From assembly GCA_024401535.1 (NCBI GenBank), contig JAKSKX010000005.1:85558-149557 (forward strand): a stretch of 64,000 nt of DNA, written 5' to 3'. Shown piece by piece: positions 29,501-36,735 of the stretch (position 1 is its first letter; every line of letters begins with the position of its first letter). The DNA is from Paludibacteraceae bacterium. Its GTDB lineage: Bacteria; Bacteroidota; Bacteroidia; Bacteroidales; Paludibacteraceae. The position numbers and the translations under genes are program-made. Under the pieces are notes generated by a model that had not been told where the DNA came from, searched no databases, and was given only the letters and a program-made list of their open reading frames with translations.

Positions 29501-30331
29501 GAATCCGACTCGTTGTTCTTGACAATGAGTGTAAAGGGACATCCGGAGTGTCAGAGTGAGCTTAAATTCGAAATCAATGTTGCACCAAAGATGGAGTTTG
29601 ATATTGTAGGAGACACAGCAATATGTGCAGGCAACGAATTCAGCCTTTCTGCAACAAACATCACTAACAAGAGTTGGATGATGTTTGACACTTTGTTCGT
29701 GACTGAAACATTCGTATATGCTCCTTCTAAGAGCGGCTATGTCACTGCACTTGGAATTGACAAGTATGGATGTAATACACAGAAGTCCGTTCTTGTGAAT
29801 GTTTACGAGAGTCCTAAGCCTTCGATCCTTGTAGGCGATACAGTGGACCATCCTAATTTCGATCTTGATCGCGATGACAGGGATATCAGTTTCGAGGCTA
29901 TTGTCAATGCAGACGAAACAGCTGAGTTGGTTTATTACTGGGAGGTTGGTGATGGAAATATTTACGACGCCAAGTCTTTCACTCACGAGTATGAGTATGA
30001 CTTCGTGGATATGATCAAGCCTATACCTGTCAAACTTCGTGTCTATTACGAGTTTGATGAACACTGTATGGGTAATGCAACTGCAATACTCCGTGTAAAT
30101 CCTGATTTTGAGGTACCTAACACTATGGGAGCTGATGACCATTTTATGCCTAACTACAACTTGCAGATATTTGACCGTGTTGGCAATTTGATTTTTGAAG
30201 GCAGGGATGGATGGAAGGGCCAGGATATGGACGGACGTGAAGTGTTCGGAGACACTTATTTCTATGCAATCACGTACTTTATAGATGGCAAGAAGTATGT
30301 CAAGAACGGATACATTACCTTGGTTCGTTAA
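20531..30331 (+). CDS. Giant (3266 aa) T9SS-secreted cell-surface adhesin-like protein: N-terminal head, Gly-rich linker, about 25 Cys-pair Ig-like modules, PKD-like domain, type B CTD
   Basis: Signal peptide MRKFVVAFIFCLCAFVGMHA and one uninterrupted 9.8-kb ORF. Recurrent ~88-aa modules with 'xxCxG/xxC...' at the start and 'GC....v.V' at the end. YYWEVGDG...THEY is a PKD-like motif. The C-terminus matches the gliding-motility/T9SS type B sorting domain. Confidence 0.9.
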   Translation: MRKFVVAFIFCLCAFVGMHAETLSPEKKFDGNIGFITVGNTNHKLAGDVVPGAIDRDRSKENGEIVPINVANLFSGTTTNANYAEFVVDIPKEITCEDEIEILYASLFWGGRHKTSGNESVRIMVTDSVGDKIAGINDSLVRTAAVDVPVNGKNRGVYSCHAEVTNYIKKAVNVNTDDRRYRFYVADLNTSSTEVGSGAEIGKFSGWTLNIVYKHKGLPERSIYIFQPNMMGDVSGTEGVEGGEGRTDLFVKLGLGDNFKVLKDQDISFVSTFLGAYRTEVKDRIIANGDNKGSIKSQDLFVSPGTEGNCFDNTISYSYEFESGSVKSEEAYTRGYDLKAISSNLNSCLDTANRTFNFFVGLLPEIHFFTDAVLMFGQPDIPGVVAQDVSPSNVKPNESFNYSLFVGLHQNTEQLDNINVRIPLTEYVDYVEDVKLKIVDAQGESYYVKLVNKMDMSLEWKDREYRILANSVSFTSNSKTTWSKDNKSDRENLFNPALRNAMFVTDSLNLVAFLDDPLSVKQRVLKISFDSIRSLGVDDDHAIEIELTLHSKSETDWAYQKNHLLANRELPMLQQSEVTFHTPSDRNSVLQSMDTDNKYNKKGKFDWSTYICDQKGRGGIGAGGGGDLDLGGGGNGRCEKSGYTREDAAKGGVFTKDTTHVSINVKPNGEFCPKFTLPDALEFSFCENTEVSAAGIKEILKVRYRADLDSLAKRDSLIWLEAKQAMVYDYIKKYGVTRQEMEGLVNFNSVSATTDRIVNLSSCGAGTPVYDRGLDSIMNMKIEYSDIFLFYNSPAVGDLYDTPKDSVSLRKLRGDGKSWVFTDSLDLYMYYKSPWDNGACNKFIPVKIRSFKNNAPVVQYGGSTLPAKGDTTIRVCLDSNLDPFKVIKQSATHDIYVSIDGGESKPINVDPVKEFDWILKESELDTKQSGTKKFIVYGKDMDCYTDTLHFSITVSETKITEVPEIARIEGDELNGDVQMIKICKSREELDSLTINLLDPIPSYEAVWTAKTDTSLVALGKGNSINVQKDVVGTTYYSVVYANDDCVGDLKDEIRVEILPLPDTLSPDTFAICYNYELTSTDLSNAAQRSVVQSGVTLSYYDNLAKAEANQPTEVEDMAKSLNRDVLNSGYTPYYVRVYDNNECYSVPTRNEIKRNQFDLTAPKFPVDVKGVLVDSALVCLGAQPKENLNEYLSEEETAKVDGAVKQPKWMWVHSISNIPEYTPTSTLYSNVRDSYSSYLDGTAAGHDTMYVVRVDSNSCISEPKQFRLHVDSNITTLPYVDDPLMPRNGLSRLDLNYCQYKEKYKSGYIPAWGTEPGYIVEWYKVDSLTQFVEDTVVTKPFAEISFDYPDTLLYKVRQSTALGCHGKWLPVRAMIHPAVTLTPEVDMIELCKGADPVEVVVKNKPENKGLSTFFVEDGKDNDVENYLLKLYVNADEATPEDQEPVVNGYVLFKSSTTGCTSDSTPIKSRIHELPKKPVSEFKTKNFCLESGDIDLVDLFKVETVAEDVNYNSNSLVWSSVLSREPKVDPTGILSSSTALSNFLVSVKQYDNETGCEGDTINLRINVDSTFSYVHFDTTLCYGQTMELCLEVAKRIKHKKNSYVTSDIDFNVYPLSGNTPSLTPLGKSDKVKSPYERHESKLQRYLVKIWEKESGCEIEDTLSLEFRGLPVVEIKNSIDTCSMADFVLPIVTERAEDIVEWYREDSTPHSGRNMSLDKSEKPYVIVTDEYACKDTATLDVIIHVNPLKPLVSDAVICQHSGIVNLKMDNNVDPSSENTAAKLKLLVYNYDEMEKGKEVDAYVNTDKLDFTSSVKSLKYIVRQENMLTTCFDTAHINVTVRRKYTPEIPDFGPTCKDQVFDMGKYVNNYVSTERASIGIANLSTITLSYADMNGELSEAQTGAIVRQLDSDTTLYSFKITDNDKVCEVADTFMVIINEIPSAPMIEEGQDSVFLCGNGVAPLEVSAKPTNSDATNLDIWWRVNGTDYKSDTYTLGSEVSKATLKSYVKNSKTGCESDLSEIVATVVPVMAAKTLDSLILCAGEEVNVFEYLKKSFVYTPAYTSRIGYKVTENGMLVKNISELTKAKKTAHTVNNYEIEMMDTLTGCSAKNTFRVVWEDAVNNSILAKNIACQGDDASLVAVGESRPHTLKWVIDGELVGTEKQLDITSLTKTTEVKLITNISGTECSDTLTHTLTVYDTPEKLEDVPTFRFCQANESHDITLNHSEYEIEWTNARDEVNVTEFYPVSASKDTAFVLQARLINNVTTGKLGMDTVCRSTPIDVNVEVVKHINVSLADTNVCVPSTYNLMKAVQQPDLSLKVYSISPKVEDSLAVSKSALYTITYEDKWHCQTSATTDVRFISKPDSVIIAKNGFNMCLGSETVVKPVVSAGQYVIEWTNTRDKSKLISDTLAISADKESVSPIMYDVVRVDTIYGCRSVTTPFSYNVMPKISINPYSDQHVCDYETLDIDSLSKSIFNNFDDLEVTNKARKVTDDKTSLLFSAVNPVSTCTAEVSLDIITHQSPKFSVTGNHPACQGDTVVLEAVGSDQYFWGYEGNTNRAAKSFAVTSKENQDVNVDLRVKLFAPIDGDNKYCYADTSITVSFAKVPELVGGKLDTAYCQNTLINELPEIVATDPAASIVWYSYADNYTEPYVIKSLDEVAASSGDFNYKFKQVLGICSTKLQNYTIRIQPRIEDAPVLRDTVYCIDADPLLLSKSDYNNPLVSSMYDLEWSDKEEVVVDGTALPLTNEVGAKMYYARYTKGVCKGDASTIVVKVEPHYQDMPLVDELQKFCPKTGTYDLTAKTTNSSARLNWYYEFSNQRMDNITIDTDQPNWTTATYKVTQSVLDGCESMPAVFTVQLKKPVAGRDTLIKNMCLGDKFSIEELFEELSVSEVIDEVKDDKNNIIDHIIASDGTYHVDVHNEDECKAQFNVAVKTWSVGAPIVEEPKEQYCAGDKVHVSVVAPNEVDYRWYSQNEDKIVGYVSTINTVAGTESDSLFLTMSVKGHPECQSELKFEINVAPKMEFDIVGDTAICAGNEFSLSATNITNKSWMMFDTLFVTETFVYAPSKSGYVTALGIDKYGCNTQKSVLVNVYESPKPSILVGDTVDHPNFDLDRDDRDISFEAIVNADETAELVYYWEVGDGNIYDAKSFTHEYEYDFVDMIKPIPVKLRVYYEFDEHCMGNATAILRVNPDFEVPNTMGADDHFMPNYNLQIFDRVGNLIFEGRDGWKGQDMDGREVFGDTYFYAITYFIDGKKYVKNGYITLVR
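23150..29810 (+). repeat. Protein-level array of about 25 diverged ~88-aa modules, each with a conserved cysteine pair
   Basis: Module pairs read from the translation include VCLDSN..MDCYTD, KICKSR..DDCVGD, AICYNY..NECYSV, VCLGAQ..SNSCIS and so on to AICAGNEF..KYGCNTQ. The modules are not similar at the DNA level. Confidence 0.7.
30113..30328 (+). other. T9SS type B (gliding-motility-associated) C-terminal sorting domain of the giant protein
   Basis: VPNTMGADDHFMPNYNLQIFDRVGNLIFEGRDGWKGQDMDGREVFGDTYFYAITYFIDGKKYVKNGYITLVR fits the pattern (I/V)PN.F.P..D..N..F......L.IF.R.G..(I/V)FE...GWDG...G......G.Y.Y.......G....G.(I/V)TL(I/V)R. Confidence 0.8.
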
Positions 30332-30372
30332 AATTGACTTTTAGCTAATAGAACATTAAATTAGAAATATCA

Positions 30373-31374
30373 ATGAAACAAAGTTCGATGACCGCAGGAG
30401 TCAATAGTTTCAGATACATATATATGTTGTTGGTATGCGCTCTCTTGAGCGTCAGCTGTATAGCTCAAGAGGATGTGTTGTTTACCAACAAGCAGATGCG
30501 CATGCCGTACTACAATCCAGCATATATCCCAGAGCTGTTGGAAGCTACCATCACAGTGGGAGGCAGAAACCAGTGGACAGGAATCGAAGGCGCACCTAAG
30601 ACTATAATGGTCTCTGGAAAATACTTCTTTGTGGGTGCCCATTCGCAAGTTTCCTTGTCTTATATGGCGGACAAGATTGGTTATCAATATACTTTGCAGC
30701 CGAAGCTTCAGTATGCGTTCATGGTTCCTTTTGCTGATGACTGCTATTTGAATCTCGGAGTGGGTGGCGGATTTGTCAAGAGAGGCTATCATCCCGAGAT
30801 GATAGACCCTGTAAACACTATCAATGACGCTACTATTGAGGACAAACTGATAGAGAGCAGACAGCCAGATGCAGAGGCTGGATTCGAACTGCTTATCCAG
30901 AATTTTGAATTGGGAGCATCTGTGAATCATTTGATAAAGGGAAATAGCGAGCGCCCTATGACAAAGTTCTATTCCGCCTATGCAAACTATCTTTTCCAGA
31001 CTAAGGAGTGGTGGAGACTTACAGCTTCATATTCACTTTATAATTATCATGAGATGAACTATGGGCAAAGATGGAAGCATCAGTTGAGCGTTTATTTCCA
31101 ATATTTGTGGGACTACGAGGCTAAGCCAAAGGATTTGGTGTATCTTGGACTTGCGTTCAGACCAACACTTGAGGGTAGTATAATGGGAGGAATAAACTTG
31201 TTCTCGTTCCTGAATGTGTTCTATTCGTATGACTGTTTCTTTGGTAACTTGAGATATACAAGCAAAGGAACTCACGAAATAGGTCTTGAGTTCAAAATTC
31301 CTCACAAGTTCAAGGGATGTTATGCCAACTATGGCAAGAGCCACAAGTACACTCGATATACAAGAATCAAGTAA
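30373..31374 (+). CDS. PorP/SprF-family type IX secretion system outer-membrane protein
   Basis: Signal peptide, then AQEDVLFTNKQMRMPYYNPAY and GGRNQWTGIEGAPKT, the hallmark N-terminal blocks of PorP/SprF. 333 aa, beta-rich, 41 nt downstream of a type B CTD cargo gene. Confidence 0.85.
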   Translation: MKQSSMTAGVNSFRYIYMLLVCALLSVSCIAQEDVLFTNKQMRMPYYNPAYIPELLEATITVGGRNQWTGIEGAPKTIMVSGKYFFVGAHSQVSLSYMADKIGYQYTLQPKLQYAFMVPFADDCYLNLGVGGGFVKRGYHPEMIDPVNTINDATIEDKLIESRQPDAEAGFELLIQNFELGASVNHLIKGNSERPMTKFYSAYANYLFQTKEWWRLTASYSLYNYHEMNYGQRWKHQLSVYFQYLWDYEAKPKDLVYLGLAFRPTLEGSIMGGINLFSFLNVFYSYDCFFGNLRYTSKGTHEIGLEFKIPHKFKGCYANYGKSHKYTRYTRIK

Positions 31375-31633
31375 AGATAACTGCTTGTTTTTGTTTGATA
31401 TTTCCCGTGTCGGTGGCATGTTCGGTTGCCTTTGCGTGTCTTTTTGATAGGCTTTAGAAGATAATTGATTTTTTTTCATTTAAAATAAGCTGAAAAATTT
31501 GGTCGCTTTTGCGATTTTTCCCAATTTTGCACTCAGTTTCTATAACTCTTAATATTAGGCCTTGAGTATTAATGTGTTTATGGACTTTTTCGGATAATTG
31601 TCACGCTTAATTAGAATACTATAACTATAAATA

Positions 31634-32458
31634 ATGAGGAAGATTTTAAATTTTGTAGCTATACTCGCTACTCTTTCATTTAATACGATTTTTGTATCTT
31701 GTACTGATGATGACGAGGATGATTCTAAGGGGAAGGATGAACAGCATTCAGATATAAACACAGGTGACTCGGATTTCAAGTTTTTTATCTTGAACGAGAA
31801 TGAAATCGAGGTGACTGGCCTTAACACTAGTTCTTTGTACTTCGTTGAATCTGCTATATATGAAGTTCCAGAGATTATTACAGTGAAGGGAAAGGAATAT
31901 ACAGTGACAAGTATCGGAGACAAGGCTTTCTCTGGAATGCAAAGAATCAAGAAAATCACACTTCCCAAGACAATTACAAACATTGGTGCGCAGGCTTTCG
32001 AAGGATGTTCTGAAGTTGAGAGCATCAGCACTTATGATGGTTTGATGACAATTGGTCCTGGTGCTTTCCAGGGATGCCTGAAGCTAAAAAATCTTTATAT
32101 CCCAGAGAGTGTAGTGACAATTGATCTTTATGCTTTCTCTGGATGCAAGAGCCTGGAAACTATTACTGTTCCCAAGAATTTGAAGAAGATAGACAATGCC
32201 TTGTTCAGAAGTTGCGAGAGCTTGACTTCCATAACTATTCCAAAGAATGTTGAGTCTATTGGCGCTGAGGCATTCTTAGGTTGTTCTTCTCTTACAAATG
32301 TGATTATTCCTGAAAGTGTCAAGGTTATTGGAAACAAGGCATTTTTGGAGTGCTATAAGCTTAATGTCGAGGTTGAGAATCTTATGAAAAATGTAGCTTT
32401 GGGTGACAGTGTGTTTGTTGATTGCTTGTCGCTTAAATACGCCGACACAAACGAGTAG
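31634..32458 (+). CDS. Surface-exposed lipoprotein with BspA-type leucine-rich repeats
   Basis: Lipoprotein signal ...TIFVSC followed by the acidic run CTDDDEDD, which resembles the Bacteroidota lipoprotein export signal. About 7 repeats of the type IP.SV..IG..AF..C.SL..I. Confidence 0.85.
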   Translation: MRKILNFVAILATLSFNTIFVSCTDDDEDDSKGKDEQHSDINTGDSDFKFFILNENEIEVTGLNTSSLYFVESAIYEVPEIITVKGKEYTVTSIGDKAFSGMQRIKKITLPKTITNIGAQAFEGCSEVESISTYDGLMTIGPGAFQGCLKLKNLYIPESVVTIDLYAFSGCKSLETITVPKNLKKIDNALFRSCESLTSITIPKNVESIGAEAFLGCSSLTNVIIPESVKVIGNKAFLECYKLNVEVENLMKNVALGDSVFVDCLSLKYADTNE

Positions 32459-32492
32459 TTCCCACAGAATAGCAAGATTTATATGAAATGAA

Positions 32493-32530
32493 GGAGAGGG
32501 TGTCAATTTTGATACCCCCTCTTTGTCTTT
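32493..32530 (+). terminator. Imperfect hairpin plus U-rich tract after the LRR lipoprotein gene
   Basis: GGAGAGGGTGTCA attt TGATACCCCCTCTTT (bulged) followed by gtcttttctt. Confidence 0.35.
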
Positions 32531-32970
32531 TCTTGGGGTGTCCCCCTGTTCTTCTTTCTGCTGAAATCATAGAACGTTGGTATTTGAGTATATGTTTGTC
32601 TGTTTTACAATCGTCTATGTTTCAACAAGAATTTCAAAAGTCATGGCTTGACACAAGTATTTGGGATGTCAAAAGGTGTTTTTCAAAAGATGAACAAACT
32701 TAGTGCCTTTTGTATTCAATGTGTTTCCCCTCGTTCCCCTTTAGCTCGAAGCTTAATTGTAATTTGTTTATGAACTTGAAAAAAAGTTCATGGAGGTGGA
32801 AGCGTTTGTTTTTTCGAATTATAGGTGTCTATGCTTGAATAATCCTGCTTTTATGCCAACTTGTCTATTCAAAACTAAGTTTTTTGCTGTAAATTCGTGT
32901 TTTTTTTGCCTCTTTTTTACATATTTGCAGAAAAATTTAGGAATTATAGAGAATATTATATTTTAATTAG

Positions 32971-33129
32971 ATGTCAACTCGAAGAATTATTCTTGCAGCA
33001 TTGTCGTTTTGGTTGGGCTTCTATTTTGGTTGTTTCATTGCAGGAGGTCCAAGTTTTTGGGCTATAGTGCCTGCAAGTTTGTTTTGTGCTGCTGTACTTT
33101 GGATTTGCGACAAGAGGGATAAAAATTGA
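32971..33129 (+). CDS. Small (52 aa) two-TM membrane protein, unknown function
   Basis: Not in the ORF track. My translation: MSTRRIILAALSFWLGFYFGCFIAGGPSFWAIVPASLFCAAVLWICDKRDKN. It is the only plausible coding signal in an 850-bp gap. Confidence 0.35.
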   Translation: MSTRRIILAALSFWLGFYFGCFIAGGPSFWAIVPASLFCAAVLWICDKRDKN

Positions 33130-33223
33130 AATGTGAAGATAATAACAATGTCAGGACAAGCAAAATTGGTTCCTGACTTTTCTTTTTTACACCTTTGAAT
33201 GCAGAATAATGGTAAATAATTCC

Positions 33224-33231
33224 TATATTTG
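33224..33231 (+). promoter_or_regulatory. -7 promoter box TATATTTG upstream of the efflux operon
   Basis: Exact TAnnTTTG match followed by CA. 80 nt upstream of the ATG at 33312. Confidence 0.5.
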
Positions 33232-33311
33232 CAAGTCGTCTGTGAAAGTGACAATAGACGTTTAAAAGTATCAATAAAAATTAAAAACATAATTCTCAAT
33301 TTATTTAGGAC

Positions 33312-34634
33312 ATGAGGATTCACATAAACGAGATAATACTTTCCGCATTTCTGCTGTCGCCATTCTCGGCGTTCTCTCAGATTGAACAAAGTAAGAGCTA
33401 TAATTTTACTTTGGAGCAGTGTATTGACTATGCTTTTTCAAACAGCTTGAAGAGGCAGAACATGAAGCTTAGCGAGAGAAGCGCGGAACTGGGATTGGAG
33501 CAGAGCAAGAACGCTCGAAAGCCAAATGTGTCCGGTTCTGTCAGCGAGTCACTTTCGCATAACGGGCATGAGGAGAGCGTTAACTTGGGAGGAAGTATCG
33601 GAGTGAACGCCGGCATTACAATCTATCAGGGAGGAGCAATCAACAACAATATAGAGAAGTCGAAGCTCGAGGCTAAGAAATCGCAGGTTTCCACAGTCCA
33701 GTATGACCATACCCTTTTGCTTCAGATTCTTCAGTATTTCATGACTGCAATATCAAGCGAAGAGATGATGCACAGCCAGCAGAGAATACTCGAAATGCAG
33801 AAGGAACAGCTTAGACAGGGAGAGGAAAAGTACAAGGTGGGAACAATTCTTGAAAGCGACTACCTTATCCTAAAGGCTCAGTACGAGTCGGACAAGTGCA
33901 ATGTGTTGAACTCGCAGATTTCCCATGACAATGCGTTGTTGTCATTGAAGCAGGTTCTTTCGCTCGATCCAACAGAGGAACTTGTCCTAGTCTATCCTGA
34001 CACAACAGACATGGAGGCTTTGGCTCTGCTACCACCAATAGAGACTGTTATTGAACGCACTATTGCAACAAATCCTGACCTTCAGCTTGCACAGTATTCG
34101 ATAGACATTGCTGAAATAAACAAGGAGATAGCCAAGGCAGGACACAGGCCGACAATATCCGCTTCGGCAGGCTTGCATACATCTCACCGCAATTTCGAGG
34201 ATTTCGGAAACCAGCTTGGCAATAACTTCGGTCAGAGTTTGGGTGTTTCTATGAGCATTCCAATCTATGACAGAGGAAACACAAAGACTTCGCTAAAGAT
34301 GAGGGATGTGGAGCAGAAGATGGCAGAAATAAACAAGCAGAACACTGAACTTGAACTTCGTCAGACAGTGACCAAGGAGTGCAGTAACGTCAACCTTGCC
34401 TATGCGCAGTACAAGGCTTATAAGCTGAAGTCTGACGCATACGAGAAAGTGTTTGACGTGTATTCCAAGAAATTCGAGTACGGAACAATAACAAGTGTTG
34501 ATTTGTTGCAGCAGCAGAACAATTATGTCAATGCTTTGCAGGACTACTTCAATTCTAAATATAACTTTATCCTTAGCCGTAAAATGTTGGATGTCTATAT
34601 GGACTATCCAATAAAGTATGTGGCTGAAGAATAG
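33312..34634 (+). CDS. TolC-family outer-membrane efflux protein
   Basis: Signal peptide, then FTLEQCIDYAFSNSLKRQN (typical TolC/OEP start) and two OEP repeats. First gene of the efflux operon. Confidence 0.88.
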   Translation: MRIHINEIILSAFLLSPFSAFSQIEQSKSYNFTLEQCIDYAFSNSLKRQNMKLSERSAELGLEQSKNARKPNVSGSVSESLSHNGHEESVNLGGSIGVNAGITIYQGGAINNNIEKSKLEAKKSQVSTVQYDHTLLLQILQYFMTAISSEEMMHSQQRILEMQKEQLRQGEEKYKVGTILESDYLILKAQYESDKCNVLNSQISHDNALLSLKQVLSLDPTEELVLVYPDTTDMEALALLPPIETVIERTIATNPDLQLAQYSIDIAEINKEIAKAGHRPTISASAGLHTSHRNFEDFGNQLGNNFGQSLGVSMSIPIYDRGNTKTSLKMRDVEQKMAEINKQNTELELRQTVTKECSNVNLAYAQYKAYKLKSDAYEKVFDVYSKKFEYGTITSVDLLQQQNNYVNALQDYFNSKYNFILSRKMLDVYMDYPIKYVAEE

Positions 34635-34674
34635 GCATTTTGAGTAAACAATCTAAGAAAATACACATAAATCA

Positions 34675-35943
34675 ATGAATAAGAAACTAATCATAGCGCT
34701 TGTAGCGTTGGTGGCCATAGGGTTGTTGGTTTACTTCCTTTGGCCAAGCAAGAAGTCTGTAAGCTTCAAGACTCAAGTGGTTGAGGAGGGTACAGTGAGC
34801 AAGGTGGTGACTGCAACCGGATATGTACAGCCTGCAGAGGAAGTCGAGGTCGGTACACAGGTGTCCGGTATTGTCAAGAAACTTTATGTAACATACAACT
34901 CGAAGGTGAAGAAAGGCCAGGTTCTAGCCGAACTCGACAAGTCAACGCTTCTTGAAAAGCTTCAGCAGGCTAATTCCAGCAAGGCAAGTGCTGAGAGCGC
35001 GTTGAAACTTGCTAAGCAGAACTACGAGAGAACAAAGGCTTTGTACGAGGCTAAGGCTGCAACACAGCAGAGCTACGATGAAGCTACAAACACTTATATC
35101 CAGGCGCAGAACTCGTTTTCTAACGCGCAGACAAATGTCCGTCAGGTGAATGTGGATTTGGGTTATACCGTGATCACAAGCCCTATAGACGGTATTGTTC
35201 TTGATAAGCAGGTTGAGGAAGGCCAGACAGTTGCATCTTCTTTCTCGACTCCTACTTTGTTCGTTATTGCGCGTGACTTGAAGAATATGCATGTAGAGGC
35301 TGACATTGACGAGGCTGACATAGGTTCTGTAAATGTAGGCCAGAAAGTGACATTTACAGTGGATTCGTATATGGGTGTTGAGTTCTCTGGTGATGTCATC
35401 GAGGTTCGCCGCAAACCAAAAGTTACAAGCAATGTTGTAACATATACAGTAATCATCAAGGCTGACAATCCAGACGGAAAGCTGTTCCCTGGAATGACTG
35501 CTTCGGTTTCAATCATTACTGAAGCTCAGTCGTCAACTATTGTGCCATTGTCTGCCCTTAATTTCCAGCCTTCCCAGGAGTTGTTCGATGCTCTTGGCAA
35601 GCCAGACAGGAAAGATATGAAGAAGGATGGAGAAGGCAAGAGAAAATCTGGAGAAGGATTAAGTGACGAGGAAAGAGCTAAGAAACGTGAAGCTCGCAGA
35701 GCTCAGATGGAAAAGAGCATGGAAAATGGCAAGGTTGTCTGGGTAAAGAACGGAAACAATATCATGCCTCGCCCTGTAGAGATAGGCATCAATGACGGAG
35801 TAAACACTATAGTAACGAGTGGAGTTTCTGTTGGCGATACTATTGTTATTTCAGCCCAGGTCGGAGAAAAGGAGAAGCCAGGCCAGAGAGGTCAGGCAAA
35901 CAATCCTTTTGGAATGAAGGCTCCAGGCCAGAGAAGAAGATAA
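34675..35943 (+). CDS. Efflux periplasmic adaptor (HlyD/MacA-like membrane fusion protein)
   Basis: N-terminal TM helix; lipoyl-like VSGIVKKLYVTYNSKVKKGQVLAELD; coiled-coil hairpin; ITSPIDGIVL motif. Confidence 0.9.
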   Translation: MNKKLIIALVALVAIGLLVYFLWPSKKSVSFKTQVVEEGTVSKVVTATGYVQPAEEVEVGTQVSGIVKKLYVTYNSKVKKGQVLAELDKSTLLEKLQQANSSKASAESALKLAKQNYERTKALYEAKAATQQSYDEATNTYIQAQNSFSNAQTNVRQVNVDLGYTVITSPIDGIVLDKQVEEGQTVASSFSTPTLFVIARDLKNMHVEADIDEADIGSVNVGQKVTFTVDSYMGVEFSGDVIEVRRKPKVTSNVVTYTVIIKADNPDGKLFPGMTASVSIITEAQSSTIVPLSALNFQPSQELFDALGKPDRKDMKKDGEGKRKSGEGLSDEERAKKREARRAQMEKSMENGKVVWVKNGNNIMPRPVEIGINDGVNTIVTSGVSVGDTIVISAQVGEKEKPGQRGQANNPFGMKAPGQRRR

Positions 35944-35979
35944 ATGTAGCTGTATATTAACTTTTTTGAGCAAACGGCT

Positions 35980-36723
35980 ATGGCTGATTCTATAATTCAA
36001 ATACGTGACTTGAAGCGTAATTTCCAAGTGGGCAGCGAGGTTGTTCGTGCTTTGCGTGGGGTAACCTTCGATATAGAGAAAGGTCAGTTTGTTGCTATCA
36101 TGGGAACAAGTGGTAGCGGTAAATCGACTATGCTGAATATTCTTGGTTGTCTAGACCAACCAAGCAACGGAGAGTACCTGATTGATGGAATATCCGTGTC
36201 AAAGCTTTCTAAGGACGAACTTTCTGAGATAAGAAACAAGAAAATAGGTTTCGTGTTCCAGAGCTATAATCTTTTGCCTCGTACAACAGCAGTGGAGCAG
36301 GTTGAGCTGCCTCTGCTATACAACAGCAAGATAGGTGCAAAGGAACGCAGGGAACGTGCTGAGGAGGCTTTGAGAATGGTGGGACTTGAGTCAAGAATGT
36401 ATCACCTGCCAAACCAAATGTCTGGAGGTCAGCAGCAGCGTGTCGCAATAGCTCGTGCTATTGTTAACGACCCTGTGATTATTCTGGCTGACGAGGCAAC
36501 TGGAAACCTTGACACACGTACTTCCTACGAAATCATGGCATTGTTCCAGAAACTGAACGAGGCAGGCAAGACCATCGCTTTCGTTACGCATGAACCTGAC
36601 ATTGCATGCTTCACTTCAAGAGTGGTTATGCTTCGTGACGGTCATGTGACTAAAGATGAAATGGTGGAGACAAAGAGCGCACAGGCAGCTCTTGATGCAC
36701 TTCCTGCGAGTGATGACTATTAA
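35980..36723 (+). CDS. ABC transporter ATP-binding protein (MacB/LolD-like)
   Basis: Walker A GTSGSGKST, signature MSGGQQQRVAIARA, Walker B ILADEATGNLD. Confidence 0.93.
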   Translation: MADSIIQIRDLKRNFQVGSEVVRALRGVTFDIEKGQFVAIMGTSGSGKSTMLNILGCLDQPSNGEYLIDGISVSKLSKDELSEIRNKKIGFVFQSYNLLPRTTAVEQVELPLLYNSKIGAKERRERAEEALRMVGLESRMYHLPNQMSGGQQQRVAIARAIVNDPVIILADEATGNLDTRTSYEIMALFQKLNEAGKTIAFVTHEPDIACFTSRVVMLRDGHVTKDEMVETKSAQAALDALPASDDY

Positions 36724-36735
36724 AAGTAGTGAGAT

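Noticed and set aside
29177-30142. A 321-aa ORF antisense to the 3' end of the giant gene.
   Set aside because: It lies entirely inside a well-supported 9.8-kb CDS on the other strand. Its translation is low-complexity (I/V/L/S/C/H-rich) with no motifs. It is a typical shadow ORF produced by codon bias.
30887-30897. ggattcgaact, a tRNA T-arm-like string.
   Set aside because: It lies inside the PorP/SprF CDS, and no acceptor or anticodon arms can be built around it.
32488-32703. A 71-aa plus-strand ORF, together with the 122-aa (33021-33389) and 70-aa (33062-33274) minus-strand ORFs in the same spacer.
   Set aside because: They overlap the terminator hairpin or the efflux promoter and gene start. 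Composition is implausible and no motifs are present.
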